Shown: in pieces, positions 24,712-40,011 of the stretch
How positions within the stretch are numbered: position 1 is the first letter of the stretch
Layout: every line of letters starts with the position of its first letter
DNA from: the human T2T-CHM13v2.0 reference genome, Homo sapiens
DNA length: 64,000 nt
Direction: 5' to 3' (one strand)
NCBI RefSeq assembly: GCF_009914755.1
Contig: NC_060933.1
The notes under the pieces: generated by a model
The model's database searches: none
Seen by the model: only the letters and a program-made list of their open reading frames with translations
Told to the model about the DNA's origin: nothing
Translations under genes and position numbers: made by a program

Positions 24712-27700
24712 TCTATTCCATCGTTTCCATTCCAATCCATTCCTTTCCATTCCATTCCATTCCATTCCATTCCATTCCATTCCACACTTGTTGATTCCAT
24801 TCCATTCCATTGCATAACATTCCATTCCACTGTGGTTGTTTCCATTCCATTCCATTCCATTCCAATCAATTCCATACCTTTCCATTCCATTGCAATCCAT
24901 TCCATTCCATTCCATTCCATTGCATACCATTCCATTCCATTTCATTCCATTCCATTCCATTCCATTCCATTCCACTCGGGTTGACTCCATTCCATTCCAT
25001 TCCAGTTGATTCCATTCCATTCCATTAAACTCCATGCCATTCCATTCCATTCCATTCCATTCCACTCGTGTTGATTCCTTTCCATTCCATTCCATTCCAT
25101 TCCATTCCATTCCATTCCATTCCATGCCATTCAATTCCATTCCGTGCCATTCCATTCCACTCGTCTTAATTCCATTCCATTTTGTTCCATTCAATTCCAT
25201 TCCATTCCATTCCATTCCTATCGTGGTTATTCCGTTCCATTCCATTCCATTTCATTCCTTTCCATTCCATTCCTCTCTTGATTATTCCATTCTATACCAT
25301 TCCATTTGATTACTTTCCATTCCTTCCATTCCATTCCATTGCATTCCATACCATTCCATTCAGTGTGATTCCATTCAATTCCATTCCATTCCATTCCATT
25401 CGGGTTGATTCCACTCCATTCAATTCCATTCCGTTCCAGTATATTCCATTACATTCCATTTCATTACATTCCAGTTGATTCCATTCCATTCCATTGCATT
25501 CCTTTCCATTCCATTCCATTCCACTCAGGTTGATTAAATCCCATTCCGTTCCATTCCATTCCATTCCACTCGGGCTGATTCCAATGCATACCATTCCATT
25601 CCATTCCATTCCATTCCATTCCATTCCCCTACCTTCCACTCGGGTTCATTCCATTCTGTTGCATTCCATTCCATTCCATTCCATTAAATTACATTACATT
25701 CCACTCGACTTGATTCCATTCCATTCCATTGCATTGCATTCGGGTTGATTCCAATCACTTCCATTGCACTCCATTCCATTCAATTCCATTCCACTCCATT
25801 CCATTCTATACCATTCCATTCCATTCCATTCGTGTTGATACCATTCCATTCCTTTCCATTCCATTCCATTCCATTCCATTCCATTCCATTCCTTTCCATT
25901 CCATTCGGGTAGATTCCATTCCATTCCATTGCATTCCATTCTATTCCATTACATTCCATTCCATTCCACTCGTGTTGTTTCCATTTCTTTCCATTCCATT
26001 TCTTTCCATTCCATTCCAATTCATTCCATTCCATTCCATTCCCTTCCGTTCCATTTCATTCAATTCCACTCGTGTTGATTCCATTCCATTCTAATCCATT
26101 CCATTCCATTCCATTCCATGCCACTCAGATTGATTCCATTCCATTCCATTCCATTCCATGTAACTCAGATTGATTCCATTCCATTCCATTCCATTCCATT
26201 CCATTCCACTCGTGTTGATTCCATTCCATTAAATTCCATTCCGTTCTCTTCCATTCCATTCCAATAGTGTTGATTCCATCCCATACCATTCTATTCTATT
26301 AAATAACATTCCATTCCATTCAATGCTATTTCATTCCATTCCATACCACTCGGGAGGATTCCATTCAATTCCTTTGCATTGCATTTCATTCCATTCCATT
26401 CCATTCCATTCCCTTCCATTCCATTCCATTCCATTCCATTCCATTTCATTCCATTCCATTCCACTCGGGTTGATTCCATTCCAATCCATTCCACTCCATT
26501 CCGTTCCATTCCATTCCATTCCATTCCAATCCATTCCACTGGAGATGATACCATTCCATTCCATTCCATTCCATTTCATTCCATTACATTCCTGTTGATT
26601 GCATTCAATTCCATTCCACTGCATTAAATTCCAATCCATACCATTCCATTCCATTCGGGTTGATTCCATTCTATTCCATTTCCTTCCATTCCATACCATT
26701 GCTTTCCATTCCATTATATTCCAATCCATTCCAATCCATTCCACTCGGGTTGATTCCATTCCATTCCATTCCATTCCATTCCATTCCATTCCAATGCAAC
26801 CCATTCCACACGAGTTGATTCCGTTCCGTTCATTTCGATTCCATTCCATTACAATCCATTCCATTCCATTCAATTCCATTCCACTCGGTTCGAATACATT
26901 CCATTCCATTCCACTCCTTTCCATTCCATTCCAGTGGATTCCATTCCATTCAATTCCATTCCACTCCATTCCATTCCTCTCGGGTAGATTCCATGCCATT
27001 CCATTCCATTCCATTCCATTACATTACATTCCTTTCCATTCCATTCAACTCGTGTTGATTCCATTCCATTGCATTCCAATCCATTGCATTCCATTCCATT
27101 CCACTCGGGAGGATTCCATTCCATTCCATCCCATTGCATTGCATTCTATTGCATTCCATTCCATTCCATTCCATCCCACTCGGGATGATTCCGTCACATT
27201 CCATTCCATTCCATTCAATTCCAGTTGATTCGATTCCACTCCTTCCATTCCATTCCATTCCACTACACTACAGTCTATTGCATTCCATTCCATTTCACTC
27301 CATTCCATTCATTTCCATTCCATTCCATTCCGTTCCACTCCATTCCATTCTATTCAATTCCATTCCATTCCACTCCATTCCATTCTTTTCCATTCCATTC
27401 TGTTGAGGTTGATTCCTTTCCATTCCATTCCATTCCAATCCATTCCATTCAATTCCTTTCCATTCCACTCTGGTTTATTGCATTCCATTCCATTCCATTC
27501 CATTCCATTCCGTTCCATTCCATTCCATTCCATTGCACCCGGGTTGATTCCATTCCATTCCATTCCATTCCACTACACTACATTCTATTCCATTCCATTC
27601 CATTCTACTCCATTCCATTCATTTCCATTCCATTCCATTCCACTCTATCCAATTCCATGCCATTCCACTCCATTCCATTCTTTTCCGTTGCATTCTATTC

Positions 27701-30700
27701 AGGTTGATTCCATTCCATTCCATTCCATTCCAATCCATTCCATTCCATTCCGTTCCATTCCACTCGTTTTTATTCCATTCCATTCCATTACATTACATTG
27801 CATTCCACTCGAGTTGATTGCATTCCATTCCATTCCATTTCATTCCATTACTCTCCATTCTATTCCATTCCTCTCCATTCCATTCCATTCTATTCCATTC
27901 CATTCCGTTCCTTTCCAGTTGAATCCATTCCATTCCATTAGATTCCATTCCATTCCATTCCACTCTGGTTGATTCCATTCCATTCCATTCCATTCCATTC
28001 CATTCCATTCCAATGCAGTCAATTCCATTGCATTCCAATCCCATCCATTCCATTCCATTCAATTCCATTCCAATCGTGTTGAATCCATTCCGTTCCATTC
28101 CACTCCTTACTATTCCATTCCAGTTGATTCCCTACCATTCAGTTCCATTCCATTCCATTTCATTCCTCTCGCGTAGTTTCCATTCCATTCCATACCAATC
28201 CAATCCATTCCATTCCATTCCATTCCATTGCATTCCATTCCATTCCATTCCATTCCATTCCATTCCATTCCATTCGTGTTTATTCCATTCCATTCCATTC
28301 CATTCCATTCCATTTCATTGCAATCGAGTTGATTCCATTCCATTCCATTCCATTACATTACATTACATTACATTCCGGATGATTCCATTCCATTGCATTC
28401 CATTCCATTCCATTCCCCTGCACTCGGGTTGATTGCATTCCATTCCATTCCATTCCATGCCCCTCGGAGTGATTCTATTTCCTTCCATTGCATTCCTTTC
28501 CATTCCATTCCACTCTGGTTGATTCCATTCCATTCCATTTCATTCCACTCCATTTCATTCGGGTTAATACCATTCCATTCACATCCACTCTGATGGATTC
28601 CATTCCTTTAAATTCCACTCCATTCCATTCTATTCCATTATATTCCAGTCCATTCCATTGCACTCGTGTTGATTGCTTTCCATTACATGCCTTTCGTTTC
28701 CATTCCATTGCGTTCCTTTCGAGGTGATTCCATTCCATCCCATCCCATTCCATTGCGTTCAACTCGGTATGATTCCATTCCGTTTCATTCCATTCCATTC
28801 AATTCCATTCGATTGCATTCCATTCCATTTCATTCCATTCCATTCCAGTCCATTCCATTCCACTGGGGTTGATTCCATTCCTTTTCATTCCATGCCATTC
28901 CATTCCATACCGTTCCATTTCTGTCGGGTTGATTCCATCCCAATCTTATCTGTTCCACTCCATTGCATTACAATACATTCCATTCCATGAAATTCCATTC
29001 CATTCCATTCCCCTTGGTTGGATTCCATTCCCTTCCAATCCATTTCATTCCATTCCATTCCATACCGTTCCTTTCCATTCCATTCCATTATATTCCTTAT
29101 ATTCCACTCCATTCCGTTCCACTCATGTTGAATCCATCCAATTCCTTACCATTCCATTCCTTTTGATTCCATTAAATTCCAATCCAAGAGGTTTGATTCC
29201 ATTGCATTCCTTTCCATTTCATTCCATTCCACTTGATTTGTTTCCATTGCATTCCATTCAATTCGATTTGATTCCATTCCATTCCATTCCATTCGATTAA
29301 ATTCTGTTCCTTTCAATTCCATTCCATTTCATCACTTTCCATTCCATTCCATTCCATTCCATTACATTACATTACATTACATTACATTCCATGCCATACC
29401 ATTCCATTCGGTTTGATTCCATTCCATTCCATTCCATTCCATTCCATTCCATTCCATTCTATTTCATTCTATTCCATTCGTGTTGATTCCATTCCATTCA
29501 ATTAAATTCCATTCTGTTCCATTCCATTCCATTCCATTCAATTGCATTCCATTCCATTCCATTCAAGTTGATTCCATTCCATTCCATTCCATTCCATTCC
29601 ATTTCATTCCACTCAATTCCAATCCATTCCATTCCATTCCATTCCATTCCATACCATTCCAATCTCTTCCATTCTTCCTTTTCATTCCATTCTGTTCCGT
29701 TGTATTCAATTTCATTACATTGCTTTCCATTCCTTTACATTCCATTAAAATCGGGATGATTCCATTCCATTCCATTCCATTCCATTCGGGATGATTCCAT
29801 TCCATTCCATTACATTCCATTTCATTCCATTCCATTCTATTCCATTCTGGTTGATTCCTTTCCTTTACTTTCCATTCCATTCCATTCCATTCCATTCCAT
29901 TCCATTCCATTCCACTTGTGTTGTTTCCATTCCATTGCATTCCATTCCATTCCATTCCATTCCCTTCCACTCGTGTTAATTCCTTTCCATTCCATTCCAT
30001 TTCATTCCATTCCATTCCATTCCAGTTGATTTCATTCAATTCCATTCCATTCCATTTCATTCCATTCCATTCCATTCCAGTTGATTTCTTACAATTCCAT
30101 TCCATTCCATTTCCTTCCATTCCATTTCAGTCGGGTTGATTCCATTCCATTCCACTCCATTCCACTCGGGAGGATTCCATTCCATTAAATACTATTCCAT
30201 TGCATTCTATTGCAATTCTTTCCATTCCATTCCATTCCATTCCATTCAACTCGGGTTGATTCCGTTCCTTTCCATTCCATTCCATTCCAGGTGATTCCAT
30301 TCCATTCCATTAAATTCCATTCCATTCCATTCCATTCCATTCCATTCCATCCGGGTTGATTCCATTCCATTCCGTTCCATTCCACTCCATTCCATTACAT
30401 TCCAATCGGGTGGATTCCATTCCATTCCGTTCCATTCCATTCCATTCCAAGTGTTTCCTTTCCATTCCATTCCATTCCATTGCATTCCACTCGGGTTGTT
30501 TCCATTCCATTCCAATCCATTACATTGCATTCCATACCAGTCGGGTTGATTCCACTCCATTAAATAGCATTCCATTCCATTCCATTCCATTCCACTCCGG
30601 TTGAATCCATTCCATTCCATTCCATTCCATTCCATTCCTTTCCATTCCATTCCACTCGGGAGGATTCCATTCCAATCCATTCCATTCCATTCCATTCGAT

Positions 30701-33700
30701 TCCATTCCACTCGGGAGGATTCCATTCCATATCATTCCATTGAATTCCATTCTATTACATTCCTTTCCATTCCATTCCATTCCATTCATTTTCATTCCAT
30801 GCGTGTTCATTCTATTCCGTTACATTCCAAACTGTTCATTCCAATCCATTCCATTCCATTCCATTCCTTTCATTCCATTCTCTTCCATTGCATACCACTC
30901 GGAGTGATTCCATTACATTCCATTTAATTCCATTCAATTCCATTCCATTCCATTCCATTCCATTCCCATCTTGTTGACTCCATTCCATTCAATTACATTC
31001 CATTCTTTTCCATTGCATTCCACTCTGGTTGATTCTATCCCATTCCATTCCATTCCATTCCATTCCATTCCATTAAATTCCATTCCATTCCATTCCATAC
31101 CACTCAGGAGGATTCCATTAAATTCTATTCCATTCCATTCCATTCCATTCCTCTCGGGTTGATTCCATGCAATTCCGTTCCATTCTGTTCCTTTCCTTTG
31201 CATTCCATTCCATTCCATTCCATTCCATTCCATTCTTTTACACTCGGGTTGATTCCATTCCATTGCATTCCATTCCGTTCTATTCCAGTTGATTCCATTC
31301 CATTCCACTCCATTCCATTCCATTCCATTCCCTTCCACTCGTGCTGATTGCATTAAATTCCGCTCCATTCCATTCCATTCCATTCCATTCCTCTCAGGTT
31401 GATTCCATTGCATTCCATTCCATTCCATTCCATTCCATTCCATTCCACTCAGGTATATTCCATTCCATTCCATTCCATTCCATTGCATTCCTTTCCATTC
31501 CATTCCATTCCATTCCATTCCATTCCATTGCATTCCTTTCCATTCCATTCCATTCCATTCCATTCCATTCCACTGTGGTTGATTCCATTCCATTCCATTC
31601 CAGTTGATTCCTTTCCATTCCTGTTGATTCCATTCCATTCCATTCAATTCCATTCCATTCCATTCCACTAGGGATGATTCCAAACCATTCCATTCCATTC
31701 TATTCCTTTTCATTGCATTCCATTCCATTCCATTCTACTCGGGTTGATTCCATTCCATTCCATTCCATTCCATTCCGTTCCGTTCCATTCCATTCCATTC
31801 GAATCCATTCCATTCCTTTCCATTCCACTCGGGTTGATTCTATTCCATTCCATTCCATTCCATTCCACTCGGGTTGATTCCATTCCCTTCCATTCCAATT
31901 CATTCCATTCCAATGCATTCCATTCCATTCCATTCGAGTTGATTCTGTTCCATTCCATTCCATTCGGGTTGATTCCATTCCATTCCATCCCATTCCATTC
32001 CTTTCCATTCCATTCCATTCGTGTTGCTTCTATCCCACTCCTGCCCATTCCAATCCATACCATTCCACTCCATTCAAACCCATTCCATTCCACTCCATTC
32101 CATTTCATTTCTTTCCATTCCATTCCATTCCACTGGGGTGGATACCAATCCATTCCAATCCACTCGGGTGGATTTCATTTCGTTCCATTCCATTTCATTT
32201 CATTCCATTCCATTATATTACACTGCATTGCATTCCACCCGTGTTGATTCCATTCCATTCCATTCCATTACTTTCAATTCCATTCCATTCCATTCCATTC
32301 GAGGTGATTCCATTCCATCCCATTACATTCCATTCAATTCCATTGCATTCATCTCGGGATGATTCCATTCCATTTCATTCCAGTCCTTTCAATTCCATTC
32401 AGTTCCTTTCCATTCCATTCCATTCCACTCGGGTTGATTCCATCCCATTCCACTCCATTCCTTCCATTGCACTCCGGTCCATTTCATTCCATTCCATTTC
32501 ATTCCATTCCATTCAACTCAGGTTGATTCCATTCCATTTCATTGCATTCCATTCCAGTTGATTCCATTGCATTGTATTCCATTCCATTCCATTCCATTCC
32601 ATTCCACTCGGGTTGATTCCATTCCATTCCATTCCATTCCAGTCCATTCCATTCCATTCCATTCCTTTCCATTCCATTCCAATCGGGTTGATTCCATTCC
32701 ATTCTGTTCATTCAATTCCATTCCTTTCCATTCCACTCCACTGCACTCGTGTTTGATCCATTCCATTCCATTCCTTTTCACTGCTTTCCATTCCATTCTA
32801 TTCCATTCCATTGCATTGAACTCCATTCGGTTTAATTCCATTCCATTTCTTTCCATTAAATTCCATTCCATTCGGTTGATTCCATTCCATTCCTTTCAAT
32901 TCCATTCCGTTCCTTTCCATTCCATTCCATTCCATTCGGGTTGATTCCATCCCATTTCACTCCATTCCATTCCATTCCAGTCCATTCCATTCCATTCCAT
33001 TCCTTTCCATTCCATTCCAATCGGGTTGATTCCATTCCATTCTGTTCCATTCAAATCCATTCCTTTCAATTCCACTCCATTCCACTCGTTTCTGTTCCAT
33101 TCCATTCCATTCCATTTCACTGCTTTCAATTCCATTCCATTCCATTGCATTGCATTGAATTCCATTCGGTTTGATTGCATTCCATTCCGTTCCATTAAAT
33201 TCCATTTCATTCAGATTGATTCCATTCCATTCCATTCCATTCCATTAAATTCCATTCCATTCGGTTGATTCCATTCCATTCCTTTCCATTCCTTTCCGTT
33301 CCATTCCATTCCATTAAATTCCACTCGGTTTGATTCCATTCCATTCCATTCATTTCCTTTCCTTTCCACTTGAATCCTTTCCATTCCATTCCATTCCATT
33401 CCATTGCATTCCATTCCATTCCTCTCAGGTTGTTTGCATTCCATTATATTCCATTCCGTTGCATTCCATTCCTTTCCATTCCTTACCACTCGTGTTGAAT
33501 CCATTCCACTACTTTCCATTCTATTCCACTCGGGTTGATTCAATTGTATTCCATCCCATTTCATTCCATTCAGTTCCATTTAGTTCCATTCCATGCCATT
33601 TCATTCCATTTCATTCCATTCAATTCCATTCCATTCCATTCCACTTGGGAGGATTACAATGCATTACATTCCAATCCAACCCATTCTATTCCATTCCATT

Positions 33701-34014
33701 CTTTCCATTCCATTCCATTCAATTGCATTCCATTCCGCACCACTCGGGTTGATTCCATTTCATTCCATTCCATTCCATTCCTTTCCATTCCAGTTGATTC
33801 CATTCCTTTCCTTTGCATTCCATTGCAATCCACTTAATTCCATTGCATTCCATTCCATTCCTTTCCACTCGGGTTGATTCCATTCCATTGCATTCCACTC
33901 GGGTTAATTCCATTCCATTCCATTCTATTCCATTCCCTTCCATTCCAATTGATTCCACTGGGGAGATTTCTATTCCATTACATTCCATGCCATTCCATTC
34001 TATTCCATTCCACT
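24712..34014 (+). repeat. Orientation block 3: CATTC on + strand, diverged HSat3
   Basis: C/T-rich strand with many more substitutions than block 1. Ends at ttccactag|ggaatgg. Confidence 0.95.
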
Positions 34015-35410
34015 AGGGAATGGAATGGAATGGAATGGAAAGCAATGAATTTTAATTGAATGGAATGTATTGGAATGTAATGGAATGGAATCGAACCGAG
34101 TGGAATGGAATGGAATAGTATGAAATGGAATGGAATGGAATGGAATGGAATGGAATGGAATGGAATGGAATGCAATGGAATCAACCCAACTGCAATGGAA
34201 TGGAATGGAATGGAATGGAATGAAATCATTCTGAGTGGAATGGAAGGGAATGTAATGGAGTGACAGGGAAAGGAATGGAATAAACCCGAGTGGAATGGAA
34301 TGGATTAGAAAGGAATGGAAAGGAATGGAATCAACCGGAGTGGAATGGAATGGAATGGAATGGATAGGAATGGAATGGAATGTAATGGAATGGAAAGGAA
34401 TGGATTGGAATCACCTGCAATGCAATGGAATGGAATGGAATGAAATGGAATCAACCCCAATGGAATGAATGTGAATGGAATGGAATGCAATGGAATGAGT
34501 GGAATAGAATGGAATGCAATGGAATGAAATCAACCCGAGTGGAATGGAATTGAATGGAATGGAAAGGAACGGAATTTACTGGAATGGAATATAATGAAAT
34601 GGAATGGAGTCTAATCAACCCGAGTGAAACGGAATGGAATGGAATGGAATCAACTATTATGGAATGCAATGGAATGGAATGGAATCAACTGGAATGGAAT
34701 GGAATGGAATTGAATCAACTGGAATGGAATGGAATGGAATGAAATTAAATGGAATGCAATGGAATTGAATGGAATGGAATCAACCCGAGTGTAATGGAAG
34801 GTAATGAATGGAATGGAATGGAATGGAATGGAACGGAATCAACCCGAGTGGAATGAAATTTAATGGAATGGAATGGAATCAACCCGATTTGAATGGAATG
34901 GATTGGAATGGAATGGAATGGAATGGAATGGAATGGAATGGAATAGAACGGAATGGAACGGAATGGAATGGAATGGAATGGAATGGAATGGAATGGAATG
35001 AAATGGAATACAATGGAATGGAATTGAATGGAATCAACCTGAGTGGAATGGAATGGAATGGAATGGAATGGAATGGAATGGAATGGAATGAATGGAATGG
35101 AATGGAATGTACCCGAATGGAATGCAATGGAATGGAATGGAATGGAATCTACCCGAATGGAATGGAATGGAATAGAAGGGAATGGATTCTACCGGAACGG
35201 AATGGAATGGAATGGAATCGAATGGAGTTTAATGTAATGAAATGGAATGGAATGCAATGGAATCAACTCGCGTGGAAAGGAATGGATTGGAACTGAATCA
35301 ACCCGAGTGGAGTGGAATGGAATGGAATGGAATTAACTGGACTGGAATGGAAAGGAGTGGAATGCAATGGAATGTATTCCAACCGAGTGGAATGGAATCG
35401 AATTGGATCA
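34015..35410 (-). repeat. Orientation block 4: GGAAT on + strand (~1.4 kb)
   Basis: Starts at cactagggaatggaatgg. Ends at gaattggatcatctattccatcg. Confidence 0.95.
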
Positions 35411-38400
35411 TCTATTCCATCGATTCCATTCCAATCCATTCCATTCCATTCCATTCCATTCCACACGGGTTGATTCCATTCCATTCCATTCCATACCATT
35501 CCATTCCACTGTGGTTGATTCCATTCCATTCCATTCCATTCAAATCAATTCCATACCATTCCATTCCATTGCAATCCATTCCATTCCATTCCATTCCATT
35601 GCATACCATTCCATTCCATTCCATTCCATTCCATTCCATTCCATTCCACTCGGGTTGACTCCATTCCATTCCATTCCAATTGATTCCATTCCATTCCATT
35701 AAACTGCATTCCATTCCATTCCTTTCCATTCCACTCGTGTTGATTCCTTTCCATTCCATTCCATTCCATGCCATTCAATTCCATTCCGTTCCATTCCATT
35801 CCACTCGGGTTAATTCCATTCCATTTTGTTCCATTCAATTCAATTCCATTCCATTCCATTCCTATCGTAGTTATTCCGTTCCATTCCATTCCATTTCATT
35901 CCTTTCCATTCCATTCCTCTCTTGGTTATTCCATTTCATACCATTCCATTTCATTACTTTCCATTCCTTCCATTCCATTCCATTGCATTCCATACGATTC
36001 CATTCAGTGTTATTACATTCAATTCAATTCCATTCCATTCCATTCGGGTTGATTCCACTCCTTTCAATTCCATTCCGTTCCAGTATATTTCATTACATTC
36101 CATTTCATTACATTCCAGTTGATTCCATTCCATTCCAGTGCATTCCATTCCATTCCACTCAGGTTGATTCCATCCCATTCCAGTGCATTCCATTCCATTC
36201 CACTCAGGTTGATTCCATCCCATTCCGTTCCATTTCATTCCATTCCACTCGGGCTGATTCCAATTCATTCCATTCCATTCCATTCCCCTACCTTCCACTC
36301 GGGTTCATTTCATTCCATTGTATTCCATTCCATTCCATTCCATTCCATTACATTACATTACATTACATTACATTACATTACATTCCACTCGACTTGATTC
36401 CATTCCATTCCATTCCATTGCATTGCATTTGGGTTGATTCCAATCACTTCCATTGCACTCCATTCCATTCAATTCCATTCCACTCCATTCCATTCTATAT
36501 CATTCCATTCCATTCCATTCCATTCCCTTCCTTTCCATTCCATACCTTTCCATTCCATTCGGATAGTTTCCATTACATTCCATTGCATGCCATTCTATTC
36601 CATTCCATTCCATTCCATTCCACTCGTGTTGATTCCATTCCTTTCCATTCCATTCCTTTGCATTCCATTCCAATTCATTCCATTCCATTCCCTTCCGTTC
36701 CATTTCATTCAATTCCACTCGTGTTGATTCCATTCCATTCCACTCCATTCCATTTCTTTCCATTGCATTCCACTCGGAGTGATTCCATTCCATTCCATTC
36801 CATTCCATTCCATTCCATTCCATTCAACTCGTGTTGATTCCATTCCATTCAATTCCATTCAGTTACATTCCGTTCCATTCCAATAAGGTTGATTCCATCC
36901 AATACCATTCGAATCCATTAAATAACATTTCATTCCATTCCATGCTATTTCATACCATTCCATACCCCTCGGGAAGATTCCATTCAATTCCATTGCAATC
37001 CATTTCATTCCATTCCATTCCAATCCATTCCCTTCCATTGCATTCCATTTCATTTCATTCCATTCCATTCCACTCGGGTTGATTCCATTCCAATCCATTT
37101 CACTCCATTCCATTCCATTTCATTCCATTCCATTCCAATCCATTCCACTGGAGATGATACCATTCCGTTCCATTCCATTCCATTTCATTCCATTCCATTC
37201 GTGTTGATTCCATTCAATTGCATTCCACTGCGTTAAATTCCAATACATTCCATTCCATTCCATTCGGGTTCATTCCATTCCATTCCATTTCCTTCCATTC
37301 CATACCATTCCATTCCATTCCATTCTATTCCAATCCATTCCAATCCATTCCTCTCGGGTTGATTCCATTCCATTCCATTCCATTCCATTCCCATGCAATC
37401 CATTCCACACGAGTTGATTCCATTCCATTCCTTTTGATTCCATTCCATTCCACTCCATTCCATTCCATTCCATTCCAATCCATTCCATTTCACTCTGTTC
37501 GAATACATTCCATTCCATTCCACTCCTTTCCATTCCATTCCAGTGGAATCCATTCCATTCAATTCCATTCCACTCCATTCCATTCCTCTTGGGTAGATTC
37601 CATTCCATTCCATTCCATTCCATTCCATTCCATTCCATTCCTTTCCATTCCATTCCACTCGGGTTGATTCCATTCCATTCCATTCCAATCCATTCCATTT
37701 CATTCCATTCCGTTCCATTCCATTCCATTCCATTCCATTCCATTCCACTCGGGAGGATTCCATTCCATTCCATCCCATTGCATTGCATTCTATTGCATTC
37801 CATTCCATTCCATACCATTCCACTCGGGAAGATTCCGTTCCATTCCATTCCATTCTATTCCAGTTGCTTCCATTCCATTCCATTAAATTCCATTCCATTC
37901 CATTCCATTCCATTCCACTAGGGTGATTGCATTCCAATCCATTCCATTCCACTCCATTCCATTCCATTCCACTCGGGTTAATTCCATTCCATTTTATTCC
38001 ATTCCTTCCATTCCATTCCATTCCAGTACACTCCAATCTATTGCATTCCATTCCATTCCACTCCATTCCATTCATTTGCATTCCATTCCATTCCATTCCA
38101 CTCCATTCCATTCTTTTCCATTCCATTCTGTTCAGGTTGATTCCTTCCCATTCCATTCCATTCCAATCCATTCCATTCCATTTCTTTCCATTCCACTCTG
38201 GATTACTGCATTCCATTCCTTTCCATTCCATTCCACTCGGGTTGATTCCATTCCATTCCATTCCATTCCATTCCCTCCATTCCACTACACTCCATTCTAT
38301 TCCATTCCATTCCATTCTATTCCATTCCATTCATTTCCATTCCATTCCATTCCACTCTATTCAATTCCATTCCATTCCGTTGCATTCCACTCGGGTTTAT

Positions 38401-40011
38401 TCCATTCCATTACATTACATTACATTGCATTCCACTCGAGTTGATTGCATTCCATTCCATTCCATTTCATTCCATTCCACTCAATTCCATTCCATTCCAT
38501 TCTATTCCATTCCAATCCTTTCCTTTCCAGTTGAATCCATTCCATTCCATTCGATTCCTTTCCATTCAAATCCATTCCACTCGGGTTGATTGCATTCCAT
38601 TCCATACCTTTCCATTTCATTCCCTTCCATTTGATTCCAATCAATTTTATTTCATTCCATTCCTTTCCCTTCCACTCGGGTTGATTTCATTCCATTCCGT
38701 TCCTTTCCATTCCCTTGCAATCCATTTAATTCCATTGTATTCCATTCCATTCCATTCCACTCGGGGAGATTCCATTCCATTCCATTCCATTCCCTCCCAT
38801 TCCACTCTTCTTGATTCCATTCCATTCAATTCCATTCCATTCCATTTAATTCCATTCCATTCCATTCCATTTCACTTCATTCCATTCCATTCAAATCCAT
38901 TCCAATCCATACCATTCCATTCCACTCGGGTTTATTCCACTCCATTGCATTTCGTTATATTCCATTCCAGTAAATTCCATTCCATTCCATTCCATTCCAA
39001 TCCCTTCCATTCCATTCCATTCCACTTGTGTTAGTTGTATTCCATTCCATTCCGTTCCATTCCATTCCATTCCACTCGGGTTTATTCCATTCCTTTCCAT
39101 TCTACTCAGAATGATTCCACTCCATTCCATTCCATTCCATTGCATTCCATTCCAATCCATTGCATTCCATTCCATTCCACTCGATTTGATTTCCTTCCAT
39201 TACATTGCATTCCATTCCCCACCATTCAATTCCATTCCATTCGGTTTGATTCCATTGCATTAAATTTCATTCCATTCCATTCTTTTCCGTTCCATTCCAT
39301 TCCATTCCATTCCATTGCATGCCGTTCCACTCGGGTTGATTCCATTCCATTTCATTCCATTCCGTTTCAGTCCATTCCATTCCACCGGAGTTGATTCCAT
39401 TCCATTCCATTCCATTTAATTCCACGCCAATCCATTCGATTCCATTCCATTCCATTCCATTCGGGTAGTTTCCATTCCATTCCATTCCCTTCCATTCCAT
39501 TCCACTAAGGTTCACTCGATTCCATTTCATTCCATTCCATTCCATTCAAATCCGGTTGATTCCATTCCATTCCATTTCTATCCATTCCATTCTATTCCCT
39601 TCCATTCCATTCCATTCCATTCCATTTCATTCCATTCCAATCGGGTTGATTCCATTCCATTCAATTCCATTCCATTACATTGCATTCCATTCGATTCCAT
39701 TCCATTCCATTCGGGTTGATTCAGTTCCATTCCATTCCATTCCCCGTGAGTTGATTCCATTCCCTTCCATTCCCTTTCATTCCATTCCACTCCATTCTAT
39801 TCCATTCCATTCCCTTCGGATAGATTCCATTTCATTCCACTCCATTCCATTCCCTCCAATTCCACTCGGGTTGTTTCCAATCCATTCCATTCCATTCCAT
39901 TCCATTCCATTCCATTCCATTCTATTCCATTCCCTTCCATTTAAATCGATTCAACTCGGGAGGTTTCTATTCCATTTCATTCCATGCCATTCCATTCCAT
40001 TCTATTCCACT
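35411..40011 (+). repeat. Orientation block 5: CATTC on + strand; partly a direct paralogue of block 3
   Basis: Shares rare words with block 3 at an offset of ~10.6-10.7 kb (cctatcgt, cccctaccttccactcggg, ccaatcacttcc, ggagatgatacc at 26541/37150). Confidence 0.93.

Noticed and set aside
23986-35410. Short inverted blocks (2 and 4) as mobile elements
   Set aside because: I found no terminal inverted repeats distinct from the satellite, no target-site duplications and no coding sequence. No Alu, L1 or poly-A tract was seen anywhere in the window.
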